Shown here piece after piece: positions 47,241-54,935 of a stretch of DNA of 64,000 bases. The notes beneath the pieces were generated by a model that was given only the letters and a program-made list of their open reading frames with translations, was not told the DNA's origin and searched no databases. The stretch spans positions 4,951 through 68,950 of the forward strand of contig JBAYZO010000004.1 of NCBI GenBank assembly GCA_041672465.1. The letters run 5' to 3'. Both the position numbers and the translations under genes were made by a program. The DNA is from Eubacteriales bacterium. Lineage in GTDB: Bacteria; Bacillota; Clostridia; Oscillospirales; CAG-382. The stretch's first letter is position 1. Each line of letters begins with the position of its first letter.

Positions 47241-47483
47241 TTACACGCCATTTTTCCAGAGTTCCTCACAGGATATATCAAGGTTGTCGTTCCAAACTAC
47301 ACCAAAACCGCCGACATCGACTTCGGCGTCATGAAAAACCTCCGGATGTTCCTTAAAAATATGAAAAGCGGGGAACTTTTCAAACAGCATTTTAACGTCA
47401 TATAGCTTTGTTACACCCTCGGCAAATTGAACGCTCAGCTTATATTCCGGGAGCGAAACAATATTTTTTATTTTGTGGAACAT
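47241..47483 (-). CDS. DUF2442 domain protein
   Basis: 80 aa. The sequence ...YKLSVQFAEGVTKLYDVKML...VDVGGFGVVWNDNLDIS is typical of DUF2442. The ATG at 47483 is preceded by AAGGAGG. Confidence 0.75.
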   Translation of the reverse strand: MFHKIKNIVSLPEYKLSVQFAEGVTKLYDVKMLFEKFPAFHIFKEHPEVFHDAEVDVGGFGVVWNDNLDISCEELWKNGV

Positions 47484-47496
47484 AAAATCATCCTCC

Positions 47497-47625
47497 TTAC
47501 TCAAGAGGGGGAAGCTGCTTAAATTCTTGTGTGTCCCAAATAATCTTCAGTTCGTCCATGACCATGCCTTTTAAATGATACGCAAATTTTTTGGCGGTTT
47601 CGGCTTGCCGAAAGCTCTGTTCATC
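47497..47625 (-). pseudogene. 5'-truncated remnant of a DUF4160-family gene
   Basis: The reverse frame reads DEQSFRQAETAKKFAYHLKGMVMDELKIIWDTQEFKQLPPLE-stop and is preceded by two in-frame stops. The C-terminus resembles DUF4160 proteins, which normally sit directly upstream of DUF2442 genes. No N-terminal half is present. Confidence 0.45.
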
Positions 47626-47699
47626 TTACTAAAAATCCTGACCACTGATATAAGCAAAGTTTAAACAATATCATTGTTTTTGCTTTACAACACTTATAT

Positions 47700-48767
47700 C
47701 TATAAAATTAAGCAAGCGTCCCCAAAGGAAAAAAAGCGATACCCCTCTTTAACCGCCGTATTATAGGCTTTAATAACATTATCATACCCCGCGAACGCCG
47801 CCACAAGCATAATAAGCGTTGATTCGGGGAGATGAAAATTTGTTATAAGGCAGTCGGTCGCTTTAAATTTATATGAGGGGTAGATAAATATCCCCGTCTC
47901 CCCCTCAAAGGGGAAAACCTCACCGGTTTGCAGTGAGCAGGACTCCAAAACCCGAACCGATGTTGTCCCGACGGCGAAAATCCTCCCCCCCGCTTTTTTA
48001 ACCCTGTTGATTTCAAAAGCCGCGTCCGGGGAAAGCGAGATTTTCTCTTTATGCATTTTATGGTCGAGTATGTTTTGTTCTTTGACCGGGCGGAAAGTGC
48101 CGAGCCCGACGTGCAGGCAAGTTTTGATTACGCTGACGCCCTTGCCGCCGATTTTCCCCAGCAGTTCGGGAGTAAAGTGAAGCCCGGCGGTGGGCGCGGC
48201 GGACGAGCCCTCGCGGGTTGCGTAGACGGTTTGGTAACGATTGCGGTCGGCAAGCTTTTCCTTGATATACGGCGGGAGCGGGGTTTGACCTATTTTATCC
48301 AAAACCTCAAAAAAATTTCCCTTAAAATCAAAACATATATCCCTTGTGCCGTCGGCGTTTACCGATATCACCCGCCCGGTAAGCCCGCCGCCGTAAGTGA
48401 GAGTATCGCCCTTTTTTGCCTTTTTCCCGGGCTTGACAAGACAGTTCCACACGGCGGAAGAAGTTTCGCCAAGGCTTTCTTCGCCGGAGCGTTCGAGAAG
48501 GAGCGTCTCAACCTCCCCGGCGTGGGTTGGGTTTTTCCCGTACAGCCGCGCCGGGATAACTTTTGTCTCGTTTATCACAAGCGCGTCGCCGGGGTTTATA
48601 TATTCCGCTATATCATAAAAATGCTTATGGCTTATCTCCCCCGTATTCTTATCCAGCACAAGTAGCCTTGAAAAGTCGCGGTTTTTAATCGGAATCTGCG
48701 CTATTTGGCTTTCGGGAAGTTCAAAGGCATAGGAAGAAGTGCGAAACAAGTCGGGGTTATTTGGCAT
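47700..48767 (-). CDS. queA: S-adenosylmethionine:tRNA ribosyltransferase-isomerase
   Basis: 355 aa with YAFELPESQIAQ, PLPPYI, SAAPTAGLHFT and a C-terminal RFFSFGDA. Confidence 0.95.
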   Translation of the reverse strand: MPNNPDLFRTSSYAFELPESQIAQIPIKNRDFSRLLVLDKNTGEISHKHFYDIAEYINPGDALVINETKVIPARLYGKNPTHAGEVETLLLERSGEESLGETSSAVWNCLVKPGKKAKKGDTLTYGGGLTGRVISVNADGTRDICFDFKGNFFEVLDKIGQTPLPPYIKEKLADRNRYQTVYATREGSSAAPTAGLHFTPELLGKIGGKGVSVIKTCLHVGLGTFRPVKEQNILDHKMHKEKISLSPDAAFEINRVKKAGGRIFAVGTTSVRVLESCSLQTGEVFPFEGETGIFIYPSYKFKATDCLITNFHLPESTLIMLVAAFAGYDNVIKAYNTAVKEGYRFFSFGDACLIL

Positions 48768-48830
48768 TCGGGGTTTCTCCTGAATAAACTATATAAAGCA
48801 TAAGTGACAAAAAAGAGTAAAAAAAGACAT

Positions 48831-48858
48831 ATGACATATATCATATACTGATTATAAT
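48831..48858 (+). promoter_or_regulatory. Possible sigma-A promoter of dapA
   Basis: ATGACA, 16 nt, TATAAT. Confidence 0.35.
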
Positions 48859-48907
48859 ATGTTTGAGGACGTATTTCAAGCTATTTTAAACGAAAGGGTA
48901 AATATTT

Positions 48908-49828
48908 ATGCTAATGCCACACCCTCCTGTTTTTAAGGGGATAGCCACGGCGCTGGTTACGCCGTTTTCTAAGGATGGGATCGATTATGTGTCGTTCGCG
49001 AGGCTTATTGAGTTTCAGCTCTCCGGCGGAGTGGACGCCCTTGTGGTCTGCGGCACCACAGGCGAGGCTTCGGTTATGACGAGCGAGGAAAGGCGGGACG
49101 CCGTTGATTTTGCGGTCAGACAGGTTCGCGGCAGAGTGCCTGTTATCGCGGGGACTGGGGCCAACGACATCAAAACCGCCTGCCTGCTCAGCGAAAATGC
49201 CTGCGGCGTTGGGGCGAGCGCGCTTTTGGTGGTTACGCCGTATTACAACAAAACCACAAAAAAAGGCCTTGCCGAATCGTATGCCGCCATAGCATCATGC
49301 GTTGACAAGCCGATTATAGTATATAACGTCCCGTCAAGAACGGGGGTAAACATATTGCCCGAAGAATACCTTATGCTCTCCGAAATCGAGGGCATAACGG
49401 GGGTCAAGGAGGCGAACGGGGATATTTCGGCGTTTTGTAAAACCGCCGCCCTTTGCGGCGGCAGGCTTTGGCTGTATTCGGGAAACGACGATATGCTCCT
49501 CCCCTGCCTTTCGGTCGGAGGGAGCGGGGTTATTTCGGTCGCCTCAAACATAATCCCAAAAAAAATGAAAAAGCTTTACCTCGCGTTTATTTCGGGAAAG
49601 CTTGCCGAGGCGGCAAAACTGCAAAGCGGCATTACCCCGCTTGAGGGACTGCTGTTTTGCGAGACCAACCCGATACCCGTAAAAACCGCTTTATTTTATA
49701 TGGGGATTTGCGAAAAGCGTTTCAGGCTGCCGCTCACCTCAATGGAGGAAAAAAACGAGGAAAAATTAGTTAGGGAACTCATAAGAAAAGGGCTTATTTT
49801 CCCGGCGGAAGAGAGGAAAGCGCTGTAA
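48908..49828 (+). CDS. dapA: 4-hydroxy-tetrahydrodipicolinate synthase
   Basis: Motifs GTTGEASVMT, YNVPSRTG and the Lys-containing GVKEANG. Confidence 0.92.
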   Translation: MLMPHPPVFKGIATALVTPFSKDGIDYVSFARLIEFQLSGGVDALVVCGTTGEASVMTSEERRDAVDFAVRQVRGRVPVIAGTGANDIKTACLLSENACGVGASALLVVTPYYNKTTKKGLAESYAAIASCVDKPIIVYNVPSRTGVNILPEEYLMLSEIEGITGVKEANGDISAFCKTAALCGGRLWLYSGNDDMLLPCLSVGGSGVISVASNIIPKKMKKLYLAFISGKLAEAAKLQSGITPLEGLLFCETNPIPVKTALFYMGICEKRFRLPLTSMEEKNEEKLVRELIRKGLIFPAEERKAL

Positions 49829-49849
49829 AATTTCCCCCGCGCCAACACC

Positions 49850-49899
49850 AAAGCCAGCTTATAGTTTTGCCCGCGGGTAAAACAAAGCTGGCTTTTTTT
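49850..49899 (+). terminator. Intrinsic terminator after dapA
   Basis: An 11-bp outer stem AAAGCCAGCTT / AAGCTGGCTTT with further inner pairing, followed by a T7 run. Confidence 0.7.
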
Positions 49900-49985
49900 A
49901 GCGGCCGACGGCCTTTTTTGTATTTTCACAATTATGTCAAGTCGATTTATCTGTATAGTTTCAACCCAAGTTTTAAGCCCGCGGC

Positions 49986-50765
49986 TTACACGCTAAGCGC
50001 TTTGTTTTTAAGCCTTAGGTTATCGGCAATCATGGCAATGAATTCGCTGTTTGTCGGTTTTCCCCGGGAGTTCTGAACGGTATAGCCGAAAAACGAATTC
50101 AGCACGTCAAGGTCTCCGCGGTCCCACGCGACTTCAATAGCGTGCCGTATCGCCCTTTCAACCCGGGAGGAAGTGGTGGAGTATTGTTTCGCGACGGTGG
50201 GATACAGCACTTTTGTGACAGAATTAATGATGTCGGTATCGGTTATGGCCATAATTATCGCCGTGCGCAGGTACTGATAACCCTTGATATGCGCCGGAAC
50301 GCCTATTTGGTGGATAATTTTCGTGACTTGGCTTTCGAGGTCAAAATCGCCCGGGAGGCTCGCCAACCCGCGTCTTTTGCCTTTTTCCGCTAATCTTATC
50401 ACCCTTTCGGCAAGAAAGGTGAAGTCTAAAGGTTTGATCATGCAGTAAGCCGCGCCCGCCTCGCAGCACTCCTCAAAAAGATTCTGGTTGTTAAACGAGG
50501 CAAGCATAATAAACGCGGGAAAGGTGTCGCCCATTTGTTTTTTGCAGTTCCTGATAAGCTGCACGCCGTCCGACTTGCCTATGTAAAGCTCGGATATCAC
50601 GACCTGCGGTTTGTATCGCGCGATCTTCGCGAAGGCTTCGTTTTTTTCGCAAGCTTCACCCACTACCTCGATGCCGTTTTTCCTTAGCTGAGACGCGCAC
50701 TGAACGCGGAACTCGCTTGAGGAATCCACTAAAAGTACCTTTGCTTTTGTTTGATTATTTTCCAT
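49986..50765 (-). CDS. spo0A: Spo0A-like sporulation transcription factor with non-canonical receiver domain
   Basis: The C-terminal domain [16 protein letters not shown]...[15 protein letters not shown]...[17 protein letters not shown] is diagnostic of Spo0A. The receiver has Glu at the acceptor position ([13 protein letters not shown]). Confidence 0.85.
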   Translation of the reverse strand: MENNQTKAKVLLVDSSSEFRVQCASQLRKNGIEVVGEACEKNEAFAKIARYKPQVVISELYIGKSDGVQLIRNCKKQMGDTFPAFIMLASFNNQNLFEECCEAGAAYCMIKPLDFTFLAERVIRLAEKGKRRGLASLPGDFDLESQVTKIIHQIGVPAHIKGYQYLRTAIIMAITDTDIINSVTKVLYPTVAKQYSTTSSRVERAIRHAIEVAWDRGDLDVLNSFFGYTVQNSRGKPTNSEFIAMIADNLRLKNKALSV

Positions 50766-50795
50766 ATCCTTACCCTTTCCTTTTTAGTTTACCAT

Positions 50796-50824
50796 ATTTT
50801 ACCACACCGAGTAACAAATTGCAA
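50796..50824 (-). promoter_or_regulatory. Sigma-A type promoter of spo0A
   Basis: The reverse strand reads TTGCAA, 17 nt, TAAAAT, with TGG directly upstream of the -10 (extended -10). Confidence 0.5.
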
Positions 50825-51033
50825 TAAGTAAAATCCATTTTGTGCCATTAATGGTAGCCATAAAGCCCTACAATTAGACATTTTTCTACAAAAAAAGAGT
50901 GTTTTACCGCCATGCTTGTGTTTACAGGTTCAGTTAATTATGTTAATCACTATTTTTCGGGCAGGAGAACCGATATATAACCCCCTTTATTGTTTTTTTA
51001 CGCGAAACGCTTTGGCCTTTTTTTAAGGATGAC

Positions 51034-51062
51034 AAAAGGCCCCGCCGGCGGCGAGACCTTTT
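51034..51062. terminator. Intrinsic terminator downstream of the 476-aa gene
   Basis: On the minus strand, GGUCUCGCC-GCC-GGCGGGGCC forms 9 bp (including G-U pairs), flanked by A4 and U4. Confidence 0.6.
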
Positions 51063-51073
51063 GCTTTATATTC

Positions 51074-52504
51074 TTAACCTAAAATACTTCCTAAGTTTGA
51101 CTCGCTTACAATGACGAAGATGTAGTCCACCGTTGTTTTGTCCTTGCCCGTGGTTAAGTCCTTGCCGTAATAGCGCTGGGCGTCTGTCATATTCACCGTG
51201 AAGTCATTTACCGGGGCGAGAAGAACCCGGTTAAACCGTTCGGCGAGAATGTCTGAAAACACCACCGCCGAGCTGTCCCTGTAAATCAGCGCGCAGGGGA
51301 GGGAGGTGCGTTTTGTGGCGAACAAAAGCCGTCCGGCGAGAGTGGTTGCCGCCGAGGGCATGAGCATGGAATTTTCATAAGCGTATTTTGGGAAGTTCTT
51401 AATAAAACCGCTGGCTGTGGGGATGTCGGTATCCTCTTTGCCCACGGAAAGCGAAAATGAGGCGGGGGTGTAGAGCGTTGCTGTCTCGTTTACCACCGCG
51501 GGGTCTACGCCGAGGTTACGTGCAAGGTTGCCGCCGTTCAGAACACGGGTCGAGGAAGTAAAATCCTTTTCCAGATCCCTTGCCGCCGCGTCGGGAAAGT
51601 CTTTTTCCATAAGGTCGCATATTGCCTTATAGACGAGATATCCGCCGTATTCGGTCAAATGGCTGTCGGTGTCATAAAAGATTTTTTCGCCTTTTTCTTT
51701 GGCGTCAAGGAAGATATCTTCCATATTTATAAGCGCGGCTTTGGTTTCCGCGAGCGCGTCGACCACCTGCTCGTAACGCGTCTTATAGGTTTCTTTTTCA
51801 GTCTCTTCCGCAAGGTATTCCGGGAAGATGGTGATAGCGTTGGGTATGAGCACATACACGAGCTGAACCTTCGCGGCGCCGGCGCGCTTCTGGAAGTTTT
51901 GCACCTTGATGTTTACAAAGTTTTTAAAGGATTTCAGCCCGGTTTGGGTGATAAGCGTATTTTTGCCAAGATAGTACGATAGATCGGTATCATAGTAAAA
52001 ATGCGAATCTTTTCCCATTGTCACGCCATAGCCGTCAATGCGTTTCATAGCGGTTGAGTTGTACTCCGCCCTGAATAAAGTCACGTCGCTCTCCATCAGA
52101 TCCTCTGAATACGCGGTAGCCGAAAGGATCGAAAAGTTTGTGGCGGAAAGGTGAAACTCCGCGACAAAATGACCCTCGATAGACTTTGAGGCTACGGTGT
52201 TTGTGCCGTCGGTGATGGTGACCTCGCAGCCCTCGTCACATCTCCCGGTGATTATGACCTGCCTTGCCGTCACATTAAACACATTGGTAATCTCGGGCGG
52301 CGCCGCGTACCCCTCGGGCACGGAAACCTCCTCGACAACAGAAGTTTCGCTTGACTCCTCCTCCACGTTAAGATCGGGAATAGAATCGATAAAACCCTTA
52401 AGGGCGCCCTGTGGGGCGCAGGAAGCGGCAAACCCTAACACAAGGGTGATGACAACAATGACCAATGTAATGAGAACCGCCTTGGGTGCCTTGTGAACCT
52501 TCAT
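51074..52504 (-). CDS. Membrane-anchored DHHW/AlgX-AlgJ-like (SGNH-fold) protein, tentative
   Basis: 476 aa with an N-terminal TM/signal containing AASC. VYVLIPNA and FYDTDSHLTEYGG resemble the DHHW-family motif, with W replaced by L. Confidence 0.45.
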   Translation of the reverse strand: MKVHKAPKAVLITLVIVVITLVLGFAASCAPQGALKGFIDSIPDLNVEEESSETSVVEEVSVPEGYAAPPEITNVFNVTARQVIITGRCDEGCEVTITDGTNTVASKSIEGHFVAEFHLSATNFSILSATAYSEDLMESDVTLFRAEYNSTAMKRIDGYGVTMGKDSHFYYDTDLSYYLGKNTLITQTGLKSFKNFVNIKVQNFQKRAGAAKVQLVYVLIPNAITIFPEYLAEETEKETYKTRYEQVVDALAETKAALINMEDIFLDAKEKGEKIFYDTDSHLTEYGGYLVYKAICDLMEKDFPDAAARDLEKDFTSSTRVLNGGNLARNLGVDPAVVNETATLYTPASFSLSVGKEDTDIPTASGFIKNFPKYAYENSMLMPSAATTLAGRLLFATKRTSLPCALIYRDSSAVVFSDILAERFNRVLLAPVNDFTVNMTDAQRYYGKDLTTGKDKTTVDYIFVIVSESNLGSILG

Positions 52505-52623
52505 AAATAATACCTCGCTTTGATTGGGATAAGCTGTAAAAATGAAATTTTCCCGTATTCCGGGGTTATATTTTTTCGCCGTTGACCTTTATAATATTAA
52601 TTTATCCGCTACGCGGAAACAGG

Positions 52624-54696
52624 CTAAGCTTCCTCAGACAGCTTTTTAGCCTGCTCGATAACTTTTGAGGCGACTTCGGCGGGGGCCTCGTCATATCTGG
52701 CGAACTCAAAAGTATAGCTGCCGCGGCCCTGCGTCATGGCGCGGAGCTGAATGGCGTACGAGAGCATCTCGGCGCTGGGGACTTCCGCTTCTATTATTGT
52801 ATAGCCTTTCTTTTCGGACTCGCCCATTCCCATTATCTTCCCGCGGCGCTTTGGCAGGTCGCCCATAATATCGCCTGAAAGCAGGGTGGGGATAAGCACC
52901 TTTAGCGTGCCGATAGGCTCAAGCAGCACGGGGTTGCACTGCCGCATACCCTCTTTAAAGGCAAGGCTGGCGGCGATTTTAAACGCCATTTCGGACGAGT
53001 CGACCGGGTGATATGACCCGTCGAACAGGTTTGCCTTAACCCTTATTACGGGGTACCCGGCGAGGATTCCCTTGCCAAGCGCCTCCTGAAGTCCTTTTTC
53101 CACGGCGGGGAAATAGTTCTTAGGCACCGCTCCGCCGAAAACCGTCTCGGAAAAAGTGAGCTCGTCGGTCTCCCCCGGGGAAAACTCGATTTTGACATGC
53201 CCGTACTGGCCGTGCCCGCCCGATTGTTTTTTATGCTTGCCTTCCACGGAGGCTTTTTTCTTTATGGTCTCCCTGTAAGGGACTTTCGCTGTCTCAAGCT
53301 CCACCGAAGTGCCGAACCGATTTTTCAGCCGGGCGATTATCACCGAAAGGTGAGCCTCGCCAAAGCCGTAAAGGCACATCTGCTTTGTTTCGGCGTTGTT
53401 TTCGTATTTTATCGTGCGGTCTTCCTCAAGCAGACGCGAGATTCCCGAGGAAATTTTGTCCTCGTCGCCTTTGGCTTTGGGGACAAGCGCCATATACAAG
53501 TACGGCGCGGGGTATTTAATTTCGGGAAACTTAAAGTCAAAGCTCCCCGCCGCGAGCGTCGCCCCGGTGTTGGTGTTCACAAGCTTTACCGTATAGCCGA
53601 TATCCCCGTAGGCGAGTTCGTCCGCCTCGGTCTCTTTTTTGCCGACGCTGGTGTAAATGCGGGCAATTTTTTCCGCCTGCCCGGAATTTTTGTTAAGCAG
53701 TATGGTGTCTTTTTTAAGACAACCGTTCATTACCTTAAAATATGACTTTTTGCCGAAGTTATCGACCGCCGTCTTAAACACAAACAGCGCGGCGTCGCCG
53801 TCCTCGGTTGATTTAAACTCTATCTCGCTCCCCGTTTTGTCAAAAACGGGATGAACGGACTTATCAAGCGGCGAGACGAACGACGAAGCTATGGTGTCGA
53901 GCAAAACCGAAACGCCGGCAAGGGTGGTGGAAGACCCGGCGAACACCGGGGCAATGGTGCCGGAAAACAGCCCGGCGTTGAGGGCGTTTGCCATTTCCTC
54001 ATGGGTGAAAGGCTCCTCGGCGAAAAACTTTTCCATAAGCTCTTCTGACGTTTCGGCAAGCGATTCGTTTATAAGCGCGCCGTATTCGGCCATTTTATCT
54101 TTAATTCCCGCCGGCGCGTCACATTCGCGCGGATGCCCGTCTTTGTCAAACTTAAAGGCCTTTTCGGTGAGAAGGTTGTAATAGCCAATGTCAGGGGTTC
54201 CCTCGTTAAAAGGCACGAACACCGGGCATATCGCCGAGCCGAAAGCCTCGCGAAGACCGCTCAGCACGTTTTCAAACCGGGCGTTTTCGTCGTCCATTTT
54301 GTTTACGAATATAGCCTTGGGGAGTTTCCCGGCGTAGTCCCAGCAAATCTCCGTCCCCGACTTCAGCCCGGTTTTGGAATCGACCACAAATATCGCTGAA
54401 TCGGCGACGGTAATTGCCTGCTTAACCTCCCCGACAAAGTCAAAATAGCCGGGGGTGTCTAAAATATTTATCTTTTTATCGTTCCAGACCAGATTTGACA
54501 GTGAGGTTGAAATGGAAATGCCGCGGGCAATCTCTTCCGGGTCAAAGTCCGAAACCGTGTTGCCGTCGGTTATCCTGCCAAGCCGATCCGTGGATTTTGA
54601 AATATAAAGCATCGCCTCCGCGAGCGAGGTTTTGCCGTCTCCGCCGTGTCCTAAAAGGCAGATGTTTCTTATTGCGCCGGATGTGAATTTCGCCAT
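52624..54696 (-). CDS. Elongation factor G paralogue (EF-G2-like GTPase)
   Basis: 690 aa with G1 GHGGDGKTS, G3 DTPG, G4 NKMD and EF-G domains II-V. The ATG at 54696 is preceded by AAGGAGA. Confidence 0.85.
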   Translation of the reverse strand: MAKFTSGAIRNICLLGHGGDGKTSLAEAMLYISKSTDRLGRITDGNTVSDFDPEEIARGISISTSLSNLVWNDKKINILDTPGYFDFVGEVKQAITVADSAIFVVDSKTGLKSGTEICWDYAGKLPKAIFVNKMDDENARFENVLSGLREAFGSAICPVFVPFNEGTPDIGYYNLLTEKAFKFDKDGHPRECDAPAGIKDKMAEYGALINESLAETSEELMEKFFAEEPFTHEEMANALNAGLFSGTIAPVFAGSSTTLAGVSVLLDTIASSFVSPLDKSVHPVFDKTGSEIEFKSTEDGDAALFVFKTAVDNFGKKSYFKVMNGCLKKDTILLNKNSGQAEKIARIYTSVGKKETEADELAYGDIGYTVKLVNTNTGATLAAGSFDFKFPEIKYPAPYLYMALVPKAKGDEDKISSGISRLLEEDRTIKYENNAETKQMCLYGFGEAHLSVIIARLKNRFGTSVELETAKVPYRETIKKKASVEGKHKKQSGGHGQYGHVKIEFSPGETDELTFSETVFGGAVPKNYFPAVEKGLQEALGKGILAGYPVIRVKANLFDGSYHPVDSSEMAFKIAASLAFKEGMRQCNPVLLEPIGTLKVLIPTLLSGDIMGDLPKRRGKIMGMGESEKKGYTIIEAEVPSAEMLSYAIQLRAMTQGRGSYTFEFARYDEAPAEVASKVIEQAKKLSEEA

Positions 54697-54782
54697 ATGT
54701 TTTCTCCTTAAGTGTGAAATATAATGCCCGCGCCTTTGACGAAAAGGCAAAAGGCGTAAAAACGCGGGGGCTGTATCAAGTT

Positions 54783-54811
54783 ATTATACGCCATTTCCCG
54801 CTATTTATCAA
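54783..54811 (-). promoter_or_regulatory. Sigma-A type promoter of the EF-G2-like gene
   Basis: The reverse strand reads TTGATA, 17 nt, TATAAT, about 85 nt upstream of the ATG. Confidence 0.55.
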
Positions 54812-54935
54812 GTGGCAATATGTGATTTTTGCCTTGTTTCAGTAAAAATTCCGCCCCCCTCTTTTGTGCATAATGCTGCTAAAGGGTAAAAATACCTGCG
54901 CGCGGCAAATAATATAAAGCTGCAAAATTTTTCCG

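Noticed and set aside
48051-48665. 204-aa plus-strand ORF inside queA. Similar long antisense ORFs occur inside lon (60967-61668), the EF-G2-like gene (53197-53745), transketolase (35912-36428) and proA (26859-27479).
   Set aside because: All lie wholly within genes that have strong family signatures on the other strand. Their composition is off-frame-like and none has a start context.
50921-51065. Possible plus-strand small RNA between spo0A and the upstream gene (TTTACA at 50921 to the bidirectional terminator at 51034-51062)
   Set aside because: The candidate -10 (TAATCA) matches the consensus at only two positions. Without expression data, the terminator is fully explained by the convergent 476-aa gene.
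52624-54696. EF-G-like GTPase as a Tet(M)/Tet(O) ribosomal protection (resistance) gene
   Set aside because: At 690 aa its length and its EF-G2-type P-loop differ from the Tet(M) family, which is about 640 aa with AHVDAGKTT. No conjugative transposon genes or leader peptide lie nearby.
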